A DNA stretch of 64,000 nucleotides from Acidobacteriaceae bacterium (GTDB lineage: Bacteria; Acidobacteriota; Terriglobia; Terriglobales; Acidobacteriaceae), in contig JAJPKO010000043.1 of assembly GCA_021323655.1 (NCBI GenBank), positions 22,337-86,336 on the forward strand, read 5' to 3'. Under the pieces are notes generated by a model. That model did no database searches. It saw nothing but the letters and a program-made list of their open reading frames with translations, and was not told the origin of the DNA. Positions 18,390-27,935 of this stretch are shown in pieces. Position numbers and translations under genes: made by a program. Numbering within the stretch: the stretch's first letter is position 1; each line of letters begins with the position of its first letter.

Positions 18390-18992
18390 ATGTCCCAAGC
18401 ACCCACACTGTCGCTGTTTGAGATCGACGCCGAACTCAATGACCTCTCCGAAGCAATTCAAGAGGCGTGCGAGCAAGGCAGCGCGATCCCCGATGAGCTT
18501 CAGGAACGTTTCAACCAATTCTGCGCAATGCGGGACGACAAGACTGACCGCATTGGTCGATTTATTCGCATGATGGAAGCGCGCGAACAGTTCTGCCGCG
18601 GCGAGGCGAACAGGCTAACGGAGCGAGCCCGAGATGCGGCCGGCAAGGTCGAGCGGACCAAGAACATGGTCCTTTATTACCTGTTGAGCCGAAACCTGCA
18701 GAAAATCGAGGGGCAGCAGTTCACTCTAAGAGCACAAAAGAACAGTCAGGATTCGGTGAAGATCACCGACCAAGCTGCGATTCCAAGATGTTACTGCAGG
18801 ATTGAGGCGCGGATTGCGGGCGTCATCTGGGAGACGATGTTATCCCTACTGCCGGATGAGCTTGCCAAGACGCTGGAATCCTCCGTTCTGGAGACCCGGC
18901 CGGACAACGACGCGATCAAAGCGGCGGTGGCGCAGAACGCAATCGTCCCGGGAGCGGACGTGCGAAGGGGAACACACCTACGAGTCGCGTGA
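18390..18992 (+). CDS. Siphovirus Gp157-like protein
   Basis: A coiled-coil N-terminus (LFEIDAELNDLSEAIQE..) plus the C-terminal SVKITDQAAIPRCY pattern resembles the Gp157 family. The call is from memory. Confidence 0.4.
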   Translation: MSQAPTLSLFEIDAELNDLSEAIQEACEQGSAIPDELQERFNQFCAMRDDKTDRIGRFIRMMEAREQFCRGEANRLTERARDAAGKVERTKNMVLYYLLSRNLQKIEGQQFTLRAQKNSQDSVKITDQAAIPRCYCRIEARIAGVIWETMLSLLPDELAKTLESSVLETRPDNDAIKAAVAQNAIVPGADVRRGTHLRVA

Positions 18993-19084
18993 TGTAAATC
19001 GAACACCACTATTAGAGGGACATGAGGTGCCCCTGGTTTGGGTCGGGTCGTGAGGGAAGACCGGAATGCTAATGTCGAAGGGGT

Positions 19085-19768
19085 ATGTCCAGCAAGTTAC
19101 CTACGGCGGGTAAAGGCGATCGCGAAGATGCTCGAGACGTCATCAGTGATCTCTTTAGAAGCATGGAATTAATGGTCACTCATTACGACGATCAAGCCAT
19201 CAAGATTGCAAAACGAATCGATGGAACCGCGTTTTATCCCGGCGGCGTTGGCCTTTGGAGAGGACTACACACGAAGGGCCCGATGCCCGACTACTTTCCA
19301 AAAGACCCCGTTATCATGCTGGCCCACAATTTCGATGCCGAGCTTCTATTCAATGATTCGGTAGATCGAGGCATCGAGAAAATGGATAGCGGCACGTGGA
19401 AGGGATTGCTTCAATATTTGTCGATTTCCGGGCTCGCGCCGGAGCGATGTTTCTTTACCAATGTGTTTGTAGGGTTAAAGCCAGGCAGAAAATCACGTGG
19501 CCCATATGGAGGGTCTGGAGAACACAAGAAGCAGTGTCGTGACTTCCTCGAATATCAGTTGCGAAGGACGTGTCCCTGCCTCGTCGCTGTTCTCGGTACA
19601 CCAGCCTGGGAACAGTTCAATATGCTTGAGTGTTCATACCCATACGTGAGCCTTCAACACCCTTCCTATGCCTCAAATTTCGGTTGGGAAAGCGAGCGAG
19701 GGCAAGCCATTATCCGAGAAAACAGTCAGAAGCTAGCCGATGCCATCAAGACCCATGGATGTTTATGA
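19085..19768 (+). CDS. Uracil-DNA glycosylase superfamily-like protein
   Basis: CFFTNVFVG and LVAVLGTPAW resemble UDG-fold motifs. The support is weak. Confidence 0.3.
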   Translation: MSSKLPTAGKGDREDARDVISDLFRSMELMVTHYDDQAIKIAKRIDGTAFYPGGVGLWRGLHTKGPMPDYFPKDPVIMLAHNFDAELLFNDSVDRGIEKMDSGTWKGLLQYLSISGLAPERCFFTNVFVGLKPGRKSRGPYGGSGEHKKQCRDFLEYQLRRTCPCLVAVLGTPAWEQFNMLECSYPYVSLQHPSYASNFGWESERGQAIIRENSQKLADAIKTHGCL

Positions 19769-20593
19769 AACTCGGCAATGGATAACCGCATCGGCCTTGG
19801 ACACTGTTCCATGTTCGAAAAACAACGTGTGTTCTTCGCCGCCTAGCTCGACGCCAACGGCAGACGACTGGCCGCCATGGATTTGTGGGACATAGCCACC
19901 GAACAGGACGGAGGCCAGATGTTGGAAGAGGCCCGCGCCATCGCCTGCCGAATCTTCGCTGCCTGTCCCAGTACCTAGACCGCCGGTGCGACTTCCCCCG
20001 CGCCGCATTTTTTCGGAACGATGTAAATAAACTCAATCGCTCAAACCTCACATATCCAACCACGGCCTCCTCCGCCTGACCTCGTACTTCCCCTAGTGCG
20101 AAACTCAACCAGCGAGTTCTATTCTTGATCGGTGCAGAAGCCGCTGAGTGAACACATCGCCAGACTGGAAGAGAAGATCGTGATTCTCAAGCGGGAATTG
20201 CGAAACCCTGATCTCGCTGAATATGAGAGAACCGAGCGGGAGGTTTCTCTGCTTAATGCAGAGCAAGCTCTCAAGCTCTTTCGCCTCGCCTATGACTTGG
20301 CGCAGCGGCTCTGACTTTCCGACTTGATCAACTAGCCCTCTCGCCACTATGTAGTATTTTTCTTATGTACGGCACCTGCTTCTAGACGCCGACCCTGCCC
20401 AACGCACCCCCGCCCGCCAGGACACTCCTCTCGCCGAAGCCCTCCTCCGGCTCGAAGATCCCCAACCGCCCCCGCCGCCCCTCAGCCGACAGGAAGCCCT
20501 CCTCCGCGAACTGTCTGAAGCAGGCGACTTCCCGCTCCCGCTCCTCAAGCTGGCCGTCGCAGAAATGAACGAACACGATCCCGAGAAGAGAAG

Positions 20594-20941
20594 ATGCCTG
20601 GTATCCCGCCAGATCACGTACTGGCGATCATGCGCCTCAAACAGTGGGCCTTCGAACGAACCTTACTCCGCCAGGGAAACACCGCCCGACTCAAGCGCTC
20701 CGGCTGGCGCGAGCGCCGACTCCGCGAAAGCGACTCCCGCCAGGTCCGAGTCCTAGACTTCGAACGCGCGCTCGCGCAGCTCGATCCCAGAGCAACACTC
20801 CTGGTGCTCACCTATCGCGACAAAGTGCGATACGAAGACATCGCCGCAGTGCTCGGTTGCTGCGTCCGCAAAATCGCCTACCTGCTCCCCGCCACCCGCC
20901 GCCGATTGACCGACATCCTCGACCGTCTCAACCTGCTGTGA
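20594..20941 (+). CDS. Sigma-70 region-4-like HTH protein (possibly 3' part of a frameshifted longer gene)
   Basis: LLVLTYRDKVRYEDIAAVLGCCVRKIAYLLPATRRRL resembles the region 4 HTH of ECF sigma factors. Confidence 0.35.
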   Translation: MPGIPPDHVLAIMRLKQWAFERTLLRQGNTARLKRSGWRERRLRESDSRQVRVLDFERALAQLDPRATLLVLTYRDKVRYEDIAAVLGCCVRKIAYLLPATRRRLTDILDRLNLL

Positions 20942-21581
20942 TTTCGCTCACATCCTGACCCTTACAATCATGAAACCATCGTCTGCATCATGTGGGCGAA
21001 TTCTGGCTATCTGTTCGCGGCCCGCGTGGTGTTTCCAGGCGAAACGCCAGAATCTGACTCGGCCATCTGTCTTGATACCTCTGACCTCCGTCGGCTTCTC
21101 CACTACCGCCTGGAAGTGCTGGAGGCTGCGTTGCGTGAACTCGCAAGGTTACAGCGCAATGCAGCTCAAGGCACCTTCGCAGAGTACAGCCATGCGACCC
21201 GAACTCTCCTTTACCTACGACGTCGATATCCGCCCCATCGCCGGTAAGTGCACCGCATGCGGCGAGCTGATGCCCACACGCCCGTCAGACGCCCGCGACA
21301 ACGTAGACGCCATTTCATGGTTCTCGCAACACTTCATCGTTCATCACCAACTCAAGCACTCGGCGCCGCTCGATCCCGAAGTAGCTGACACACTGCAGGC
21401 GCATGCTCAATGAGCATCCAGCCTGATCACGACCTCCTCCCAACGCTTCGCGGTATGCGTGAGAAGCTTGACGGCGATCCGGCGTCGCGCGGTCCATCGC
21501 TCCAGGAGCTCTACACGCTCATCGTGCGTCGCATCGCCGAGCCCGAAGAAGCGCAAGCTCCTGCCCACGCTGGAACCCACC

Positions 21582-22160
21582 ATGCCTAGGCCGACGCCAA
21601 CTCCAAAGCACGACATCCTGCACCTCTACTCGATCGGCTCGAAGCTCAAGACGCTTCGCAACAACAAAGGCCTCACGCTCTCCCGCCTCAGTGCAGAAAC
21701 CGGACTGTCAACGGCGCTGCTCTCCAAGCTCGAAACGGACCGCATGCTTCCAACCCTGCAGACACTCGCGAAGATCTGCCGTGTCTACGGAGTTGACTTC
21801 GGCCATTTCTTCGTCGGTGCCACTCACCACTCGCTGGCGATCACGCGCAACGCCTACGTCATCGCCGAACGCCGAGAGCAGCCCACAGCAAGGCAAACCC
21901 CATTGCACGCTGTCACCTCGGGCAGCAAACAACTTTCCAAGCTCATCGATATTCCGGTTGAGGCCACGTTCCAACTGGCTGAAGGCAGAGCCAGGACTCA
22001 GCTCACCGCTTATGTTCTGGACGGCATGCTCCACATGCGCGTCGCAGGATCAGATGAAGTGCTTCACACTGGCGATTGCTTCGTGCTGGACACCGACGCG
22101 GCGGTGACGTGGAGCGCCCCCGCCTCTCGCTGCCGCGTCCTCGCCGTCTTCGCGCAGTAG
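21582..22160 (+). CDS. XRE-family HTH regulator with C-terminal cupin domain
   Basis: IGSKLKTLRNNKGLTLSRLSAETGLSTALLSKLETDRMLPTLQTLAKICRVYGV is a classic HTH_3 domain. The C-terminal beta-rich segment fits a cupin. The start is set at the internal ATG at 21582. Confidence 0.7.
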   Translation: MPRPTPTPKHDILHLYSIGSKLKTLRNNKGLTLSRLSAETGLSTALLSKLETDRMLPTLQTLAKICRVYGVDFGHFFVGATHHSLAITRNAYVIAERREQPTARQTPLHAVTSGSKQLSKLIDIPVEATFQLAEGRARTQLTAYVLDGMLHMRVAGSDEVLHTGDCFVLDTDAAVTWSAPASRCRVLAVFAQ

Positions 22161-22761
22161 TCAGGATGCTACCGTTCATGCCGCTTCTCTGGTGGAGCGG
22201 CCGCCCTCGGAGATTTCCTGAGCGTCGATATCGATTTCCTCATCTCTCTTACCACGATCTTGCAATTCTTGGATCTCTTCACTGATCATTCCCACGAATG
22301 CTCCTACAGGAAACCGTTCCTCACCGAGTCCTGCGGCGGTTCTTAGTGCTCGCTTTGGCGAAGTGCCAAAAGGAGCCATCCGTGACGCCTGTTTTCTGTT
22401 AGTTACGACTTTCCTGTGCGCCGTCACGGCAGAGATCGCGGGTTCGAGGCCGTCGCCCCGCGATAAATCTAAAAGAGTTGTGGAATGATTTTGACCAGCG
22501 AAAACTAGCGAAATTAGGTACAAGTTGCACCCGATTGCACCCAAGAATCCGTTGCATCCTTATATAAATCTCTGACGTCATTGAGACGAAAAGACCAATG
22601 ACATGACCGTACGCGCAGCAACTCCACGAGTTGGCTTCTCTGTAGAAGAGCTTTGTGGCAGCATCCTTCTTTCACTCACGGTTGTCATCGGGTGCAAGCC
22701 GAGTCAAGAAGCTGTCGATTCTGCCCGGGCTTCACGTGGTTCCACTTGAGGTTCCGGCGTC

Positions 22762-23232
22762 TCAGTCCTCTTCAGTCTGAGTGATCAGGTAGCGCTCGTA
22801 TCCGATCTCACCGATCTGATGGACCTGCGCTTCGAGCCAGTCGACGTGGCCCTCTTCATCACGAAGCAGCTTCACGAACAGGTCGCGGGACCCGTTGTCG
22901 CCGCTTTCTACGCACACTTTGATGGATTCGTTGTAGGAGGCCACAGCTTCGTGCTCGAGGCCAAGATCCGACTCAATCATCTCTTTGACGGATTTGCCAA
23001 TGGTCAGCGACATCGGCTCCATCTTGGGAATGCCATCGAGGAACAGGATGCGCTCCATCAGCATTTCCGCATGCTTCATCTCGTCAATCGACTGCTTCTT
23101 AATGTATTTCGAGTACTTCTTATAGCCCCAGTTCTCCGCCATTTCAGCGTGGAGAAAATACTGGTTGATTGCTGTCAATTCGTCGCGGAGAGCCTGATTC
23201 AGATGCTCGATGACCTTTGAGTTTCCTTTCAT
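22762..23232 (-). CDS. bfr: Bacterioferritin
   Basis: MKGNSKVIEHLNQALRDELTAINQYFLHAEMAENWGY...DEMKHAEMLMERILFLDG is a near-consensus Bfr sequence with the ferroxidase-site Glu/His pattern. Confidence 0.9.
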   Translation of the reverse strand: MKGNSKVIEHLNQALRDELTAINQYFLHAEMAENWGYKKYSKYIKKQSIDEMKHAEMLMERILFLDGIPKMEPMSLTIGKSVKEMIESDLGLEHEAVASYNESIKVCVESGDNGSRDLFVKLLRDEEGHVDWLEAQVHQIGEIGYERYLITQTEED

Positions 23233-23482
23233 AGGAGCCCATCCTTAAAGAGAGGAGTTGAATACCAACGTTTGCGTTTGCTCCATAGCCTATCACCGTT
23301 GACCGACGGGTCGCTTCCCTGTGATTTGTGCTTTCTGAGCGGGGCGGTGTCCGCATTCCTCCGAGGCAAACAATGGTTTGGTGCTGAGGCGCAATTCAGG
23401 GACATGCGTGTCATGGGACATATAATCGGATGAGGAAAAAGCCCTGAGAAAAGCTCCCCAAAAGCGCGTCGACGATGCACCA

Positions 23483-23947
23483 GTGACCGGCAACGATCTG
23501 CTCAGTGTTGCGGAACACGTTCTCGCCGGGTATCTCCGCGAGAAGGGCCTGAAGCAGAGTGGCAAACGCGATAAGGTGCTCGACGTGTTCCTCAAAACGC
23601 GCGACCACTTGAGTACGGAAGAACTGCACCAACTCGTCAAGGAGAAGGATCCGAGCATCGGGTACACCACGGTCTACCGCACTCTTAAGCTGCTTGCCCA
23701 GTGCGGACTTGCGTTCGAAGTCGATTTTCAGGACGGGGTCGTCCGCTACGAACATAGCCTGAACCGCCGCACACATCACCACATGGTCTGCACATCGTGC
23801 GGCGACTCGGTTGAGTTCTTTGCCTCCGAACTCGACAACGTGCAGCGTCGAATCGGCAAAGAATTCCGGTTCCGGCCTTTGCGCCACACATTCCAGATCC
23901 TTGGAACCTGTCAGACCTGTCTCAAGAAGAATCGGTCTGCAACCTAG
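23483..23947 (+). CDS. fur: Fur-family metalloregulator
   Basis: A winged-helix segment (ELHQLVKEKDPSIGYTTVYRTLKLL) is followed by HHHMVCTSCG and a C-terminal CQTC zinc site. Confidence 0.85.
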   Translation: MTGNDLLSVAEHVLAGYLREKGLKQSGKRDKVLDVFLKTRDHLSTEELHQLVKEKDPSIGYTTVYRTLKLLAQCGLAFEVDFQDGVVRYEHSLNRRTHHHMVCTSCGDSVEFFASELDNVQRRIGKEFRFRPLRHTFQILGTCQTCLKKNRSAT

Positions 23948-26900
23948 AATGTGAACTTCGCAGCTACTTGTATCTGTCGCGGAGCGTCGGCGTTCACGAT
24001 CCGGCCGAAGTTCGTGCTGTCTGGGTTTCCGTTTACCGCTTCAGGGCCAAAGAACTGCGCGTGATTGAAAACGTTGAACGACTCGGCGCGCAGCAGCAGT
24101 GCGCGCGATTCACCGATCGTGATCTTCTTCTCCAGAGCCATGTCGAAGTTCTCCATTCCGGGACCGTAGAAGAAACGCCGATGCGCATTGCCGACCTCGC
24201 CCAGCGCAGGCATTGCGAAACGCGAAGTATCGAAGGCCGGATGTCCGTCGCGCGGATTCATATGAAGGCCGAGATTGCCTCCAAGGTAGTTCGGCGTGTC
24301 GACTCCATTGTTATTGATTCCGTTGGGCATTGAACCGATCAGCGACGTGTCGTCATTGTTGAAGAGTGTCACCGGCATTCCCGTAGTAATTCGCGTAATT
24401 CCCGAGACCGACCATCCCTGGAAAAGCGCGCGCGGGCCTGCGACTATCTTGTCGAGTGGAAGGGGCGCAATATAGATGATCGCGAAATTGTGGCGCACAT
24501 CGAAGGCCGAAATCGCCTTGATGCTTGGCTCAATCGGATTCACTTCCTCGGACAGGCTGGAGGAATTGTCGAGCGACTTGGCATAGGTATAGGAGCCCAA
24601 CACCTCGCCGATGCGGCTGCGGTGCTTTACGGTAATGTCCATCGCGTTGTAATTGCTCCAGCCGATCGTCTTCTGATACGTGATGCCATCGAATTCGGGA
24701 CCAAACGGTCCGCGAGCTTCGACTGTGGTCCCATCCTGTCTGGTGAACAAGCCGCCTTCGCTGAAGGGGCCGCAGGTATTGGAGCCGGACGCGACCTGAC
24801 TGGGGTCGCTCACGCTTAAGCAGCGCTCGGCATTGCCGGGTGAAGCCGGGGTGAGAACAAGCAGGTGATGTGCGCGGGCGCCGACATAGCCAAAAGTGAG
24901 TGTGCTTCCGGGGCCGATTTCACGCTCAATCGAAGCGTTGTAGCTCTCGGTGTAAGGCGAGGCGTTGCGGTAATAAAAAGCAGGGTCGCCGGTGATCGGG
25001 GAATACTTCGACCAATCGACAGTCGTGTTCGAATGCTGCCGCGATGCGCCGAAGGCAGGAATCGGCGATGGGAAAGGCTGCCCATTCGTGGCTCCGGTAC
25101 TCGCCGAGACAAATGGTTCCTCAAACAAGGGATGCCCAACCGTGCTGTCGTAGTCGTATCCATAAGGCGGACACGCGCTCATGATCCCCGCCGATAATCC
25201 TTCGAATGCCGTGTAGAAAACACCATAACCGACGCGCAAGTTGGTTCGTCCTGGTCCACCAAACAAGCGCTTGGCCCACTCCCTCGTCCAGGTTGGCGCG
25301 TAAGCGATTCCAAATCGCGGAGAGAAGTTGGACCAATTCGTGGGCGAGAGCGTGCTCGGTACGCCTTGATCGCCGGGGAAGACCATGCCGCTGGGGGCGC
25401 CCGGATACACCTCCGATTGCTGGTCGAGCACGAAAGTCTGCAACTGGTTGTACTTCTCGCGCCAGGGCGGCAGCATGTCCCACCGCACGCCATAGTTGAA
25501 TGTCAAGTTGCTGCGGGCCTGCCAAGTATCCTGTGCAAACACGCCGGTATACTTGTTGCGGATGTAGAAGCCGCTTGCATCGCCCTGCTCATACGTGCTG
25601 GCCACGCCAATCAGATAGTCCGCGAAGTCTAGACCTGTTTCCGATCCCTGGAACACAAACGATCCGTTGTTAATTGAATTCGAGTCGATGTTCACCTGAT
25701 CGATATGCCAGTTTGTGCCCGCCTTGAGTGTGTGGTTCCCAATCGCTTTCGACAGAGATTCGGTCACTTGGTAAGTGTTGTTCACTTGGCGCTCCCCGGT
25801 CACATCCACGCCGATGGTGAAGTCATTGAAAGCGACGTTCTCGATTCCTTCAACCGATGGGTTGAGGGGAACTATACCCAGCGTTCCGTTGCCTTCTACA
25901 AATCCTTGCGACGCCAACGATGGTCCCACGCCACCCACTGGCTGGCCAATCTTGTTTGCGTTTCTCATGTAGCTGAAGTGCAGCTCATTGACAAGCGATG
26001 CGCCAACAGCCTTCGTCCAACCGAGATTTGCAAGCTGAGCGCGACCCCGCGAGATGGCATTGAAGCCAGGAACATTGGCGCCGCCTTGCGCTGTCGGATA
26101 GGGATTATTCAGCTGATATGCATCGCGAAAATAGTAGGCGGAAAAGTTGCCCGATTTCGTCGTCGAGTCCAATCGGAGCGCAGCTTTGTTATCTGTGAGG
26201 GTCTGGTTTTCGCGCGAGGTCGAGAACACGTTGCTTCCGATGTTTGGCGCAGGAATGTATTGGAGCAAAGCCTTCGCCGGAGCCGACCAGGCTCGATCCG
26301 GAACAACACCGTTTGGAAAGACGCAGGTCGCATTGGATTGGGTACAGGTTGCCGTGTAGTACGGCTCGCCCGTGGTGATCGTCCGTCCCAGACGCTGGCT
26401 TAGGAGAGTCGCGAGATAGTCGCCGCTTACCTTGCCGGTGAGTTGGGTCAACTGATCACCAAGATCTCCATTGCGGTTGGCAAGGGAGGGAACTGCAATG
26501 TGTCCGTTCTCGACTCCTTGCGTCATTCTCGTTCCCTGGTAATCACCGAAGAAAAAGAGTCGGTCACGGAGGATGGGTCCACCTAATGTCCCGCCGAACT
26601 GGTTTCGATCATACGCAGCACGTTCGCGCGCAAGGAAGTTCGTTGCATCGAAATTTGTATTCCGAAAGAACTCGAATGCGCTGCCATGCAGATTATCTGT
26701 TCCAGTCTTGGTAGTGACGAGCACTTGTCCGCCGCTGAAATTCCCATACTCGGCACCGAAGTTGCTTGTTAGAACCCGGAATTCTGCGATCGAATCCAGA
26801 TTGGGGATCACACTCGCGATGTTGTTGAAGTCTTCTTCGACGGAGCTACCATTGACGGCAAATCCGTTTGCTGTCTCTCGTTGGCCGCTGACAGAAACAT

Positions 26901-27489
26901 CGCCCGGATTCAGATCCCCGGAAGGAGGAGTGGTCGTGCAGCCGGACATCACGACGGCATTCGATTGCTTGGAACTTTGAGGAATCACGCCAGCCTGCAG
27001 GCCGAGAAGATCGGTGAAACTTCTTCCATTCAAGGGAACTGCCACCAGCTTCTCCTGTGCCATCCCGCCCCCCACTTCAGTTGAGGAAAGGTCCAACTGG
27101 GTTCCGGCAGCGCTGACTTCGACGCTTTCCCGGTGCGATTCAACCTGTAGCAAAACGTCGAGATGAACTGGTGTCGACGAATCCAGAGCGATGCCTTCCT
27201 GGGTATACGGCCCGAAGCCAGCAGCCTCAACATCAATCCGATACGCGCCGGGAACCAGCTTGAATTCGAATCCGCCGGTTTGGTCGGTTTTGGTCGTTTG
27301 CGCTTTGAACGCGCCAGTCTTCTGAATGCTCACCAAAGCGCCCGGAACGAGCGCTCCGCTAGGATCGGAAACGGTACCGGAAAGCTGTTGCAAATCACCG
27401 GCGAGAACGGCCCTCGAAGCGAGCGCCAGAATTGCCATGGTGGCCAGGATACGAAGCAGAAAGAAAGGAGACCGGAAGTCACTCATCAT
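23944..27489 (-). CDS. TonB-dependent receptor with N-terminal carboxypeptidase-regulatory-like domain
   Basis: A signal peptide is followed by GTVSDPSGALVPGALVSIQKTG...GAYRIDVEAAGF (CarboxypepD_reg). The plug contains LNGRSFTDLL, and the protein ends with an aromatic residue (KFTF). Confidence 0.85.
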   Translation of the reverse strand: MMSDFRSPFFLLRILATMAILALASRAVLAGDLQQLSGTVSDPSGALVPGALVSIQKTGAFKAQTTKTDQTGGFEFKLVPGAYRIDVEAAGFGPYTQEGIALDSSTPVHLDVLLQVESHRESVEVSAAGTQLDLSSTEVGGGMAQEKLVAVPLNGRSFTDLLGLQAGVIPQSSKQSNAVVMSGCTTTPPSGDLNPGDVSVSGQRETANGFAVNGSSVEEDFNNIASVIPNLDSIAEFRVLTSNFGAEYGNFSGGQVLVTTKTGTDNLHGSAFEFFRNTNFDATNFLARERAAYDRNQFGGTLGGPILRDRLFFFGDYQGTRMTQGVENGHIAVPSLANRNGDLGDQLTQLTGKVSGDYLATLLSQRLGRTITTGEPYYTATCTQSNATCVFPNGVVPDRAWSAPAKALLQYIPAPNIGSNVFSTSRENQTLTDNKAALRLDSTTKSGNFSAYYFRDAYQLNNPYPTAQGGANVPGFNAISRGRAQLANLGWTKAVGASLVNELHFSYMRNANKIGQPVGGVGPSLASQGFVEGNGTLGIVPLNPSVEGIENVAFNDFTIGVDVTGERQVNNTYQVTESLSKAIGNHTLKAGTNWHIDQVNIDSNSINNGSFVFQGSETGLDFADYLIGVASTYEQGDASGFYIRNKYTGVFAQDTWQARSNLTFNYGVRWDMLPPWREKYNQLQTFVLDQQSEVYPGAPSGMVFPGDQGVPSTLSPTNWSNFSPRFGIAYAPTWTREWAKRLFGGPGRTNLRVGYGVFYTAFEGLSAGIMSACPPYGYDYDSTVGHPLFEEPFVSASTGATNGQPFPSPIPAFGASRQHSNTTVDWSKYSPITGDPAFYYRNASPYTESYNASIEREIGPGSTLTFGYVGARAHHLLVLTPASPGNAERCLSVSDPSQVASGSNTCGPFSEGGLFTRQDGTTVEARGPFGPEFDGITYQKTIGWSNYNAMDITVKHRSRIGEVLGSYTYAKSLDNSSSLSEEVNPIEPSIKAISAFDVRHNFAIIYIAPLPLDKIVAGPRALFQGWSVSGITRITTGMPVTLFNNDDTSLIGSMPNGINNNGVDTPNYLGGNLGLHMNPRDGHPAFDTSRFAMPALGEVGNAHRRFFYGPGMENFDMALEKKITIGESRALLLRAESFNVFNHAQFFGPEAVNGNPDSTNFGRIVNADAPRQIQVAAKFTF

Positions 27490-27519
27490 GAAGCAGCTCT
27501 CTTGACTCTCTTATGAAAG

Positions 27520-27534
27520 TGAAAATCATTTTCA
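27520..27534. promoter_or_regulatory. Fur-box-like perfect palindrome upstream of the TonB-dependent receptor
   Basis: TGAAAATCATTTTCA lies 31-45 nt upstream of the ATG at 27489. It shares the AATCATT core of the Fur consensus. Confidence 0.4.
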
Positions 27535-27935
27535 AGATAGTCTTTGACTGACCATGTGGCAGTGACAGGGGTCACAATGCCGATCATTTCGGTCCGGATT
27601 GTGAGAGGTCGCGCGGCTCGGGGTCCGACGAGACAGATAATCACGTCGAGAGAGAAGCTTGGCCTACGCTGGATGAAGGGCGATAACCTTACGGGAAGTT
27701 GAGTTCAGAATGGCTTGCACGCCATCCTTGGAGTTTGCCAGTGGTGACTCGAAGCTTTGGATCTCTGAGTTTCCAATCTGTCGAGGCCAGCGACACTATA
27801 TCTCTGCCTAAGCGGCGAAGCAGATTGTGGCAGATGCACGTCAATTGCACTCCGATGGGATTTCCCGGCGATTCCTTTGCCGTTGAAATGCTGTAGAGAG
27901 AACGTGGAAAAGGGCTCGGTCGCTATCGGCTCGGA

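Larger units (their letters stand above)
566..22160. mobile_element. Plasmid/ICE-derived genomic island remnant (boundaries approximate; no integrase, relaxase or T4SS recognised)
   Basis: Gene content is typical of conjugative elements: PRTRC cassette, DUF932, Gp157-like, methylase plus SNF2 helicase, two TA-type pairs and an XRE regulator. It is flanked by chromosomal-looking nikR and bfr/fur. Confidence 0.4.

Noticed and set aside
22435-22464. GGGTTCGAGG suggested a tRNA gene or its 3' half
   Set aside because: I could not build a T-arm: the 5 bp stems around a 7 nt loop do not pair, there is no acceptor or anticodon arm, and the hairpin loop is 14 nt. It is kept only as a possible degenerate att remnant in the findings.
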